From Felis catus (taxonomy: Eukaryota), in contig NC_058368.1 in the NCBI RefSeq assembly GCF_018350175.1, positions 152,894,001-152,958,000 on the forward strand: DNA of 64,000 nucleotides, given 5' to 3'. The position numbers were made by a program, and so were the translations under genes. Shown piece by piece: positions 49,306 to 61,335 of this stretch; position 1 is the stretch's first letter; each line of letters begins with the position of its first letter. The notes beneath the pieces are model-generated. The model did no database searches. It was not told the DNA's origin and worked only from the letters and a program-made list of their open reading frames with translations.

Positions 49306-49600
49306 AAACAGTAAAATTCAAATAATACTAGCATTCCATTTATTTAAAAATATGGAAAATACATTTGGAGAGAAAATTTTCTAGTTTTTTTTTCTCCTGA
49401 CAATAGAAAAGGATTATGGTGTGATAAAATAATAAAATATCCTGTGGAACATTATATTTTAAAAGTTTTACCGACTATGTTACCAAAATTAATTATGTCA
49501 GTTTATTTTACTTGGATATTTTATAAAACTACCATTTTTCTTAATCTTAGAATGATATCTTTTTAGACACCATTAAAATAGGTTAAATGTGATGCTCTTG

Positions 49601-49641
49601 TCAATATAAGGAGGCAAATGACATAAACCCACCTGCTATCA

Positions 49642-49681
<40 letters not shown>

Positions 49682-49802
49682 TAGTATTTAATTTGTGCAA
49701 GCAGTGATTTTTTCTCAATATAAGGAGGCAAATGACATAAACTCACCTGCTATCATTTGTGTGTGTGTGTGTCTAATTAATTTGTGCAAGCATTGATTTT
49801 TT
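49601..49802. repeat. Tandem duplication of a ~90-115 bp unit containing a (GT)n microsatellite
   Basis: Unit 1 49601-49714 with (GT)18; unit 2 49715-49802 with (GT)7; flanks nearly identical. Confidence 0.95.
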
Positions 49803-50409
49803 GTAATAATTATTTCATTTAATTAATATGAAAAGTTTGATTTTAACATAGGCAAATGACATAGATGATTACATCAACTAGACAGTTTTCTTATCTATGG
49901 TGAAAAGTTGTAAGTTGAGAGCAACAGATGCAACTTAAATATTACCTATTAGGATTTAAAGGTTAAAGGGTGAATTTTCCTGGACAGTTGGTGACTAGAA
50001 CTCTAAATGAATCTATGTAATGTAATCTTGTGGATTTAAAAGATCATTATAGATTTGTTCAGTTTCTTTGAAGTTCCCACTGTTCTCAGTACTATAATGC
50101 TACATGTTAACATGAAATTATCTTTCCTTCATCTTTCTTAACATGTTTCCCATAATAAATTTTTATTATTCTGAGAAGATTTTTGATTTGATTATACTAG
50201 TACTGCTATTCAAATTTTCCAACACAGGTTATAATAACTTATGAAACTGTTTCTATGATATCAGGATAGATTGATATATAATAAAACTATTAGTCTCTTA
50301 ATTTTCTAGAACCCGAAGTAAAAAAGTCTAGTAACATTCCAGTCTTGTAATTTGAAAATCATGGCAGTCTGAGAATTAGGTAAATAGTGAATACAGTAGT
50401 CAGATATTT

Positions 50410-50670
50410 AAAAACAGCTGTATTGAAGCATCTTTGAAAAACAATCTATACACATTTAAAATGTACAATTTGATAAATTTTGACACACACACATATATAT
50501 ACTTATAAAGTAATCGGTACAATTAAGATAATGAACATAACCATCACCCCCCAAAATTTCCTGTGACCTCTTGGTAATCCTTCACCCCACTCCCCCATTT
50601 CCAGTCAACAACTAATCTGTTTGCTGTCATAAAAGAGGAGTTTGTATTTTCTAGACTTTTCCATATTTTT
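50410..50670 (-). mobile_element. Old L1M 3' UTR fragment
   Basis: acagctgtattgaag...cacatttaaaatgtacaatttgataaattttgac...aattaagataatgaacataaccatcaccccc. Confidence 0.75.
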
Positions 50671-50796
50671 TTTTTGCATATTGACACTGTTCATCAATAC
50701 TGCATGGGTACATTCCAAACCAGGATATAAAACTATTAGATAGGAAATCTAAATTATTCTTATATACTCATTCATATCTTAAGAAATGTCCAGAAC

Positions 50797-51020
50797 GGGC
50801 CCTTGGGTGTTCAGTTGATTACGCATTCAACTCGCTTTCAGCTCAGGTTTCTCACACTCTCATGAGTTCGAGCCCCATGTCGAGCTCTGCACTGGCAGGA
50901 TGGAGCCCACTTGGGATTCTTTCTCTTTCCCTTTCTCTCTGCCCCTCCCCTGCTCTCATGCTGTCTCTGTCTGTTCCAAAATAAATAAACACACACTCTC
51001 TTAAAAAATTGAGAAACAAA
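50797..51020 (+). mobile_element. Older CanSINE
   Basis: Degraded head, gagttcgagcccc B box, CT tract. Confidence 0.88.
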
Positions 51021-51140
51021 AAAGAAATGTGCAAAGCACAGCTTTATTTGTAACTATAATCTTCAATCAAAACTTACCCAGTTGATTTTGGCTTTTGACC
51101 AAGATGGAGTAAGAGGGCAGATAGGTTGCAAGAAGATGTG

Positions 51141-51643
51141 TGTATTAGTTATCTATTGCTGCATAACAAATTATACCAAAACTTAGCAGTTTAAATGACA
51201 GACATTTAATTCTGAAGGTCAAGAATCCTGGAGTGACTTTGTTCGGTGATTATGGCCCAGGCTATTTAATGATGTTGCAGTCACACTATTGGTGAGGGCT
51301 GCAGTTATCTGAATGCTTGACTTCACTAGAAATTCTGTTCCCGAGATCGCCAAATTTCTCACTGGCCTACTCCTGCTGTCAGAAGGCATCAGATCCTCAT
51401 GCTTTGGCCTTTTTATATGATTGTTCAACATAGTGTTGGGCTTCCTATAGAGAGAATGTTACAAGAGAGAATGAGCATGACCCAAATGAAAGCGGAATTA
51501 TCTTGGCAGTCATATACCATCTCTTCTCTCATGTTCTACTGGTCACTTAGAACAACCCCTGTTCACTGTGGAAGGGGAGTACACACCTAATTCATGGTAG
51601 GAGCTAGATGTCATTGAGGCCATCTTGAAGGCTAGCTACCACA
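51141..51643 (-). mobile_element. Solo MaLR LTR (MLT1F/G-like)
   Basis: TG...CA termini: tgtattagttatctattgctgcataacaaatta ... ggccatcttgaaggctagctaccaca; 5-bp flanks atgtg/atatg. Confidence 0.85.
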
Positions 51644-51789
51644 ATATGTTTAGGCTATTTAAAATCAAATTGTTCAACAAGCTCTAAGACTCATGTAATC
51701 CGCCCATAAATCCACATTAGCCATATATATTTGCCTATAATTTATAGGCTGATTATGTAAAAGTCTTATAATTTATTGAATAATAATTA

Positions 51790-52001
51790 AAAAAATTTTT
51801 AATGTTTATTTATTTTTGACAGAGAGAGAGAGAGAGAGACAAAACATGAGTGGGGGAGGGGCAGAGAGAGAGGGAGACAGAATCCAAAGCAGGCTCCAGG
51901 CTCTGAGTTGTCAGCACAGAGCCCAACATAAGTCTCGAACCCGTGAGATCCTGACCTGAGCTGAAGTTGGATGCTTAACTGACTGAGCCATCCAAGTGCC
52001 C
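51790..52001 (-). mobile_element. CanSINE (cluster element a)
   Basis: Reverse head ...gagccatccaagtgcccc. Confidence 0.93.
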
Positions 52002-52012
52002 CCCACAGAAAC

Positions 52013-52212
52013 GTTTTAATGTTTATTTTTGAGAGAAAGAGTGTGAGTGAGGGAGGGTCAGAGAGAGAAGGAGACGGAGAATCCCAAACAGGCTTCAGAC
52101 TGTCAGCACAGAGCCCAACATGGGGCTTAAACCCACAAACAATGAGATCAGAACCTGAGCTGAAGTCAGATGCTCAACTGCCTGATTTCAGGCACCGCCA
52201 CCCAGGCACCCC
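52013..52212 (-). mobile_element. CanSINE (cluster element b)
   Basis: Reverse head ...gccacccaggcacccc. Confidence 0.9.
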
Positions 52213-52231
52213 TTTGAATAATAATTTTATT

Positions 52232-52446
52232 AATTTTTTTTTCAACGTTTATTTATTTTTTGGGACAGAGAGAGACACAGCATGAATGGGGGAGGGGCAG
52301 AGAGAGAGGGAGACACAGAATCGGAAACAGGCTCCAGGCTTTGAGCCATCAGCCGAGAGCCTGACGCGGGGCTCGAACTCACGGACCACGAGATCGTGAC
52401 CTGGCTGAAGTTGGATGCTTAACCGACTGCGCCACCCAGGCGCCCC
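52232..52446 (-). mobile_element. Young felid CanSINE (cluster element c)
   Basis: Young diagnostic sequence; TSD tgaataataatttta at 52215-52229 and 52448-52462. Confidence 0.96.
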
Positions 52447-52540
52447 ATGAATAATAATTTTAAAAGCACATTCACTTGCCACTTTACTACCAGCAGTTGA
52501 AAGTAACAATACTGCATTTTCTTTAAATATTTTCTATATT

Positions 52541-52660
52541 GGAGCGCCTGGCTGGCTCAGTGGTAAAGCATGAGACTCTTGGTCATCACATCATGGATGC
52601 AAGCCCCATGTTGAGTGTAGACATTGCTTAAAAAATAAAGTCTTTTAAAAATAAATAAAT
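52541..52660 (+). mobile_element. Short tRNA-Lys-derived carnivore SINE
   Basis: gcgcctggctggctcagtggtaaagcatgagactctt...aagccccatgttgagtgtagacattgcttaaaa. Confidence 0.82.
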
Positions 52661-53989
52661 AAGTATCCTCTCTATTTCAAGAACTTTTTGTTAAATCTGG
52701 TACATTTCATCCTCTGTGCTTTTTTTTTAAGTATATATTTAAGTATTTATGAGAGTTTCAGGACAAAAGAGAACCATCTGTATCAGTTATACCTTCAGCA
52801 TGTAAAAGAATCTGAATCCATTATATGTAGTTTTATTCTCAAGAATTAATAATAAACATTAAATTAAGAAAGATTAACTAATTCAATATTTATTTTTCAC
52901 AAGTTCTGCCATATGTAGCAAAAAGTTGTTCATATGAAGATTGTTAGTGTATTGTTCACACTTCTCAGTGCATTTCCAATATTTTAGGTATAGATACATT
53001 TTTAAAATTCTTTGCCAGTGCTGCCTTGAAAACTGGTATGGGAAGACATAAAGAGGAAAATTTGAGTTTAAAAATAAATCCCACTTAGAAATTCAGCATA
53101 CTTTTAAAAGATCATCTAAAGCTAAATTATAGCTTTTTCTTAAACTCTAATAAAGACTCAAAGTATTAATAGATGTTCTCCTATGTTAACAGTAATAGAG
53201 TATGTGACTCAAAATAAGCCCCCCAATGCAAACAATGAAAACTAAATTGAGCACAGCATCAAAAATCTGGCAGTAAAATCATCTTGCCCCACCCTGTAGC
53301 ACATGCTGTTCCCAAGGAAGAAGCAGTAAGTTCTGAAGCTTAAGTTTTGGCAAAGGTTCTCATCATTCTCAGACCTCCTTCAGACTCCCAGATCTGTATT
53401 CAGTATCATTGTTCTTTTCATACCCCTGCCTGCCCCATCTGCTCTTGCTGATCACTTTCTTAAACTTTAGGAATACCTGCACAATTTCATGTAATTTTAA
53501 CTGCACCCCAAAACACAGCAGCATATAAAGTGAATAGGTGAAATAGCTTGCCTTTGCTTGGTGAGTCAAAGACTCACTCACTCAATTCCTCAGTGGGAGG
53601 CACTATATGGTGGCTGGCTGGCAAAACTGAGTAGACTAGTAACCTTTGACTGTTCTTTCCCAATGTAATTATTTTACTCATATTTCATGACTTTGTTAAG
53701 AATGCATCAGTCACTGACGCTATGAGACACATTGGCTTCTCAGACTCCACTGGGCTTCCTGAGTGTAACTGGCATAGCACCCAGGCATGGTCATAGCACA
53801 TAGCAGGGCACAGGGCATTGGGTATCTATTCCCAAGAATGAAAATGCAAACCTAATTTATTATTTACCCTGAATTGCTTCAAGATAAATTGTAATTAAAT
53901 TAGGAATGTCAGTATTAAAAAGTAAGGTCTTGTTTCCTAAGTCTGGTCCTTCAATCAGAATGCTTTCATTAGATTAATTTTAATCATTT

Positions 53990-54400
53990 ATCACATTAAT
54001 CAATATTCATTGAGTTTCTAATAAAGGCCAGGCAACCATGTTCGCAGTGGTGAACAGAAAAGGGCAAGGTTTCTACTCTGGGCATAAGTACCTTGGCATG
54101 TGAAACTGACATAAAGGAGTAAAGAAACAGTTCAGGTAGTGCTAAGTGTTATGGAGAAAATCATTTGGAGGAACGTGGAGTCAAGTGAACGCATCTCTGT
54201 GGAGATGACCTGTGAACTGAGGAAATGCAAAAATTGTGGCAGGAACATTCTAGGGAGAGAAAATAGTAAGTGCAAAAAGGACCCAGAGACAAGAACAAGC
54301 TTGACATGCTTGAACAACAAACAGAAAGGATGGTGTAGCCATCACTTAGTGCATAGGATAGGAAGTCTTAGAAAATGGGGTCAAGTGGTAGACAGGGCCT
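53990..54400 (-). mobile_element. L2 fragment
   Basis: caatattcattgagtttcta...ggccaggca; catctctgtggagatgacctgtgaactgag; aggaacattctagggagagaaaatagtaagtgcaaa. Confidence 0.65.
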
Positions 54401-54636
54401 TCATATATATATAGCACATCTTTAAATTTTTAAATTTATTTTCTTTTTTTCCCCTCAATTTAAGAAAATACATAGACCATCTGACTCTTTGTAACAGAGG
54501 AAATTTCAAATTAAAGGACTTAATTGAACTTTGCCTTAATTGAACACTGCATCTCTCTATTAATTTTGTGCTAATAGTTGAATGGTAAGTTGTTTTGTCT
54601 ATAGATTTTTGCCCTTCATTAGAATGAGATATGCTC

Positions 54637-54861
54637 GGGGCACCTGGGTGGCTCATTTGGTTAAGCATCCAACTCTTGAGTTTTGGCTTAGGTCATGATC
54701 TCACAGTTCATGAGATCAAGCCCTGCAACGGGCTTTGCACTGACAGGCATGGAACCTGCTTGGGATCTTGATCTCCATCTCTGTCTGCCCCTTATCCACT
54801 CACGTGCACTCTCTCTCCCTCTCTCTCTCTCTCTCTCAAAATAAATAAACATTAAAAAAAA
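54637..54861 (+). mobile_element. Older CanSINE
   Basis: ggggcacctgggtggctc head; degenerate TSD agaatgagatatgctc/agaactagatgtgctc. Confidence 0.93.
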
Positions 54862-55649
54862 AGAACTAGATGTGCTCTGATATGTCTAGGCTCAGAACTG
54901 CCAATAGGGATGCAGATAAGTCCTTGAACCCCAGCTTCTTGTATGGTTGACTATCAGATGATCAGATTAAATGGATTTTACATAGTTGAAAATGTAAATA
55001 CTTTTTAAAAGTATCATAAATTAGTTTAAATGCAGTAGATATGGCATTTCTTTCTTGAGATATTTCAAAGTCTGAGGAAGGAAAGTTATCTTTTTATGTT
55101 TCTTGGACTTACAGTGGACTTATAAATTTCACCTGAAGTGATTTATTTAAAACAAAAAATCTGATGTTACGGTGAATTATTTGCTACTCTGTATTTAAGC
55201 ATTGGGGTTCATTCTTCAGAATTGAGACAATTGACAGCCATTCAGTGTGTTTGGCCCCTGACTGCTAATGGTTTCAATATATATATATTAGAAGTGAAAC
55301 TAACATAATAAAATAAATATCCCATGTGAGTGAAAAAGTAAGCACTATGATTTCTCCAGAAAAAGAAACTAAAAAATAACCTTCTCATGAACTTACTGCA
55401 CCAACACAGAACAGTGTTAAATGCATGAGGAGAGAGGACTGCTGGGGCTCAATGAAATACCACTTATGGTACAGTCTTGTTGGCAAGCTGCCCAACACAG
55501 TGTGGGGACTATGAATTCTCAGGAAACACAGACCTAAAGTTTGGACAGATTATGAAATTTGAGTCCTGGCTTTATGGAGTGATTTCTTTTATATGAATTT
55601 CCAAAATAGCTGTCTTATTAAACTTCTTTCTGTTTTGTTGTTTGTACAT

Positions 55650-55784
55650 GTTTTTTTTTAAGTTTATTTATTTAGAATGCAGTGCAGAGCCCCAAGCAGG
55701 GCTTGAACAAATGAACCATGAGATCATGACTTGAACCAAGATCAAGAGATGGAGACTTAACTGACTGAGCCACCCAGGTGTCCC
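55650..55784 (-). mobile_element. CanSINE lacking its CT-tract region
   Basis: Reverse head ...gagccacccaggtgtccc; TSD tgtacatgt. Confidence 0.88.
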
Positions 55785-56019
55785 TGTACATGTGTTTGAA
55801 AGAGGAAAACGTCTTAACTTAGAGAAATAGTATTGAATACAGAATGCCATTGAGCCAGCAGAAAGTTTAGCACATTTAATATATATTTTGTATAAATATA
55901 AGCACTTATAAGATCAATTAAAATTTATTTTTATAAATTAATTTAGTTCAGACATGAAAATTATCCTATGGAGGGAAAGACAACATATAAACGTGATTCA
56001 TTATGAGTATTGATAGAGA

Positions 56020-56280
56020 AGTCAGTAGATCTGGATTTTATATCCTTAGTTGTTACTCTTGTTATTTGTTAGTTTTGTGCCTATTTTATCAGCTATAAAA
56101 TTTGAATAATATAGTGCTAAGTGTTTAGAATAGTAACATGTGGATGTAAATATATGTGTGCATAATTCACACATATTTTAGAATTAAATTCATTATATGA
56201 GTAGTCCATGAAATTCTGTAAGCTTAGTACAGTGCCTAGCAAAACATCAGCACTCAATAAATTGTTAACTCATTAATAGC
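56020..56280 (+). mobile_element. MIR, diverged
   Basis: gaagtcagtagatctggattt...tgtgcctattttatcagctataaaat...cttagtacagtgcctagca...gcactcaataaattgtta. Confidence 0.65.
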
Positions 56281-58801
56281 CAGGCTTTCCCTTTTTTGTT
56301 CCCCCAAAAGGTAGTTGCAGTTTTGCATTCTACTATCTTAATATTATATCGGGATTAAAGCAACTTGAAAATAACTTTTTACCTATGTGCAATTAGCAAT
56401 CAGAAAAAAAAAGAAGTGAGGGGAGGAGAGAAATACATTGATATTCCTTTTTTTTAGGAGATCCCAGATGTTGAGAACTTATTTACCTTTACATTTATTG
56501 GCTTTATTCATCAACAGGTGTTCCTTTTTTGAGGGCTGTCATTTTGCCTCTGAGGCTTTCTCTGGCTTGTGTTTGCTAAGTGAGAGGATGAGAAACTTTT
56601 TTCTATTGTGCCTTTCCTTTAGACAATGTATAGGTGGGGTGGTGTGCTCGTGCAGCTTAACACCGTAGGAGAGGGAAGCACAGCTCAGGGACTTGGCTGT
56701 GACTACCCAAGCCCCTAACAGTAGTGATGGTTGAGGTCAGAGGGTGGCATGCCCTGTCTACCCGACCCCTGCTGATATGAATCTGACTTTCCTGGGTTTG
56801 CTTGCTTTTGCCTTTATACATTTCCCTCCATGTCCCCTAAGAAATGCTCTTGTGTAAGTGGGTACAGCTTTACTTTTGCAAGTGCTTCCACTTTCATTGT
56901 CCCTAGGTACATTTATATGTATTAATCCCTGGAAACACTTCAGAGTGTTAGTGTGAATTTCAAGTTGACTTCCTTCTGTCATGTCTGACTATTTGAGGCT
57001 GAAGATCCTTTGCAGACAAAGAGAAAATAGTGGATAACATGTTCTGTCTAGAACCAGAACAGGAGAGTCTCTAATGGCTTTAATCATTGTGCTTGGGCCA
57101 AGACGTGGAGGATCTCAGCAATTCACCTTTGTTGGGGCCTCAGTGGTCTTTTCATTGCCTTATGTGGTTAACATATTTTAACTTACCTCCTCCATTTCAA
57201 GTTGGTCATAGAAATTTGTTTTTAAAGCCTGATAAACAGACAAGTTCCACAGTTGAATTTCCTTAGTCAGTGTTGAGTCATTACTGTATCCTCACTTTTG
57301 CAGCAGATGTCATCACTGGGGATTTGGGATTTGCTGAAACACTTTCGCTCTGAATAAAAAGTTTCACAACTTCATGTAGGTTAGCATTTTCATTGTGTCT
57401 GATTTTTAGCATGCTTGAATAAATTTAAAAGCGGTAACTCATTGAAAGTAACTGAACCAAAGGAACGGGATGGTATCACAGATTCTTGGAAATCAGTTAT
57501 GGTTAAAGATTACAGTGGACTCTGCTGCTGCCTGTCTTTTTTATGTAAACATAAAGTTCAAAGGTCACACATGACCGAGAGAAAAGAGCATTTAGCTTCT
57601 GCAAAACTTTTTTTAACTCTTTCTTTAAATAGTTTCCTGATCATACCCTGTTTGCAAAGTAAATGGAACAGTGAACTTCCTGGATGCTGGGTTTTAGCAT
57701 AAATATATCAGATAGCAAACTTACTGGCAGATGAATCACAATGTTTTTCACTTGCAGTTGAAGATACACTGCCGTGTCCCAGGATAGTCCCCAGACCTTT
57801 GGGATGGTGTTTCTGGCCTTGAGTCTTCTTAGGGAACAGATCACTCTCCATACCTATGTGTTCTCTAGTCTGTCTGGCCCTCAATAGGTAAATGTCCCCT
57901 ATATGCCAACAGCAACAAAGCTGAGAAAACTTGGCTGAATCTGGAAACCTGTTGTTAGCCTGCCTCTTCCCCAATACCAGGAGGCTGCCTGCATTCTTGC
58001 TTTTTTCCCAGGGTCTGACTTCAGACCCTGTTCTGTGCTGGCTGTGACCTCAGCAGCTTTCTAATATAAGGAATTTGGACTTGCCTCTCCCTGCCTCATT
58101 TAATCCTCTTTCTTTGCACCCCACCACTACTCTTTATACACCAGATACTTGTGTGGCTTTTCTCCTTTCTTTGAGTGGACTTTGAGGTTTCTCCAGGCCT
58201 GGTGTGCCAACTTCCTGCATCTTCCAGACATCCACTGTCCTTTCCTTCCACTCCCCGTGCCATTTCCCTAATCTAATCCACCTCATTGGGCAGTCTGGTG
58301 TCAGAGTGAGCGTCCTGCATCTTAGCCTGCTAGAGTTTTGGCCAGCCACCATTCCCCTTCATCTGAGGGACCTCACCAACTTATCTGTCACCCGGGGTGA
58401 TGCCATCAGCTCTTTGGAAGAGAGGGTTCTGAATATGGCCTTGTGCTGATCCATGCCTCTGTTTTCCCTTTGATTGACTATTCCTTGCACTTTTTCTCAC
58501 CACAAATTTCATGTCTCATAGACAATATAAGAAAAACACACGTACTTCTTTTATTTACTATTTGAGTAAAGCTATGTCACCTAGCCCCTGTTTTAGATGT
58601 CACTCCACTAATCTTGTTTAATCTTTCAACGTGGTATAGACACTTAAATAGAATGGAGTAAACTTTACAAGCAGAAAGTAATACTTTTAAAATGTCCTCT
58701 CTTAAATAGGGACTTCTCCATTTAGATGAGGATTTAATAATTCTCTGAAAGATATTGCTTGGATGCCCAGACTTGTGCATACAGACTATGCAGTTATTTC
58801 T

Positions 58802-58833
<32 letters not shown>

Positions 58834-60076
58834 TTGATCTAAAGCTATGCTTCTCAGACTTTAATGCGAATATGGGTTTGTATACAACACAAATAGAGAT
58901 GTACCTTGAACTTCCTGGGCAAAATAACTTTTGAAAATCCCTTTTATTTGGCCCTTCACAGAAGTTGTGTTTTTTTTGTTTTTTTGTTTTTTTAACTTAA
59001 GTCATTTGCCAAGATTTAAAAATCAGCCAATTTCAACCAAAATAACCAGACTTCTGGTTTCAAAAAATTGTTAAATGTAGCAACACTACTGATTGCATTT
59101 CTTTGCAGCAGCTGCGAGCTGGTTGGAAGGAACAGGTGCCTCTTGACATGGGTGTGTGCTCGTTGGTTTGACACAATTCTTGTCCTGCAGGCTTCACTCA
59201 CTTACGTTAACTGTTGGGCCTTATAGGCATTTGAATTTGTGATATGTCTTAAAAGGAAAAGAATGGTTGGTATCAAAGAGATAAAGGCATAGATTTTCAC
59301 CCAGCAGCACTTTTTTGAAGAATTAAAACATAGAAAAAGTTACAAAGAATAAGGTAACAGTCTTGTATTACCATCTCCCAGAATAAGTCACTGTTAAGTT
59401 TGGAGAAATTTCCTTTCAGGGATTCTCCCCACCTCTCATCCAGCACCAGAGTTTCTCCCCCCGCCCCCATAGAATTTTAATAGAATGTGCAGGAGTTAAT
59501 TTCTCCCTCAGCAAGCTTCCCTCATTCTTTAACATCCTGCTGTCTTTTTCCTCAGGAGATGTAATAATTTCAGGTTTGCAAAGTCCAGTCACTTTGTGAC
59601 TAGGGCACTAGACTTTCTCCAAATCAGGGACTTGACTGGTTCCTACTCAAGGATTCTTCCCAGCCACTAGGCCCAAGTAGAAAACATCATTGTCAATTGA
59701 TTTCATAGTGGTTTAAATAGGACGAAGGTACAGTTGTTGAGTACTTTTAACAAGTTAATTTGTGAGTATTCATAAATGTGGAACATTTTAAGGCAGTTGG
59801 GTTTGTCTTAGTCCTGACCTCACCTGTTTAGGAAGGTGTATTTTTCAGATTCTGGCCAGCTTCAGGCCAATGGAAGTAAGAAGTGAAGATAGTCAACTAT
59901 TCATCTAGACCAAAGTTGAGAAATCCAGATGCCTTTTTTGTGTAGTGTGATATCTCTAGGCCCACCTCCATTGCCTCCAAACCTTTGCACCCAAGAGCTG
60001 TCCTCCTGAGAATGAGTGTGAACCCATTTGACTTGCTCAGACTACTTACATAATTATCAGCTTCTGATTTGTAATT

Positions 60077-60122
60077 GCTCTGTTTGAGCTCAGTTTGAGC
60101 TCAATTTGAGCTCAGTTTGAGC
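60077..60122. repeat. 11-bp minisatellite, (GCTCAGTTTGA)4 with variants
   Basis: gctctgtttga gctcagtttga gctcaatttga gctcagtttga gc. Confidence 0.92.
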
Positions 60123-60899
60123 ATATTCAGGCATTTAGGATGCAAATACTGTTTTTAAATTAGGATTTAGACTCTTTTGCTCTCTCCCAAGAAATAATTT
60201 AATCCATAGTATGGCTGTGATGTACAAAAGTTGATGTCATTATCTTTTCTATGCATTATTCCAGCAGTATCGTAGATTAGATAGAATTCTGTGATTTATT
60301 CAGAAAGCCTCACCATCTCATAGCATGTTTCTATGGGAAAGCACACTCTGTGATACACATATTAGAAAAGGATGCAGGGAATCTGTCTTTCTTACTCAGC
60401 CACAACCCCTGAGCATGGTTTAGGTGACAGCCATTTGTGCCAATAGATGTCTGCAGACTAGTGTTCTTATTGCTCACACTTTGCAACTCAGGCTAGAGCC
60501 CTTTCTCCTCCACTTTTCCCAGCTCCATGTGGTATGTTTGGCACATTTCGGCACCTGCGACACAGCTCTCTCCTTATTTCTCTTTTTTTAATGTTTCTCT
60601 TCTGTTTATTCCCACACATGCAGTAATGGCAAACATATTTCTTACTTTAAAAGGGATGTATTCACTTATAGCCATAGGCCACTTCTATGTGTCTTTCTGT
60701 AGCAAATGCTTATTGTTCTTATCTTAAAGATGAATTTGAACATGCCTGTATTATACTCTTTTGTTTGTCTGTAATCAGGTAAATCACTGTTGTTGTTACT
60801 CCCGAATACAAATTTCTGTAATTCAGTTCAAATAGCAAATTCCCCTAAGAGAAGTCACAAGATTAAACAGGGTCTGTACATGGCCCCGTTTCAGAGTTG

Positions 60900-61335
60900 C
60901 ATGAAATAGCACGTAGCTGGGGTTTTGCTTTGAGAACCAGGAGAACCCAGTGAAGCCAGACTGGAGAATGGAGGGGGGTGGATTTAGAGGGAGAAGTAGG
61001 GACCAGGTAATGTCATGTCTGCTCGCTGATGATAAACTACTTTTGTTTTATTCCAAATGTGACAAGAAGTCATGACAAAGTTTTGGCTGCTGGGTGGAGG
61101 ATGGACTGTGGTAAATAGTAGATGGTGGAGGACAATGAAAAAAAGACAACAGTGAAGATGTCTTTGCAGGAGTCCAGGTGAGAGATAGTGATGGCGTGAA
61201 CTAGGGCCTCAGGAGTGGGGAGAAGAAGTTTCAGGTTTGCACTGTATTTTGAAGGTAAAGCCAACAGGATTTGCTGCTGGATTAGATGTGGCCTGTGAGA
61301 GAAAAAGAGGAGTCCAGGAAGACCCCTGGTTTGAG
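60900..61335 (-). mobile_element. L2 fragment
   Basis: ttgcaggagtccaggtgagagatagtgatggcgtgaactaggg...attttgaaggtaaagccaacaggatttgctgctggattagatgtgg. Confidence 0.75.

Noticed and set aside
49601..49802. Repeat-spacer-like arrangement (also 60077-60122, 34041-34087)
   Set aside because: Mammalian DNA, few units, no unique spacers or cas genes; not CRISPR.
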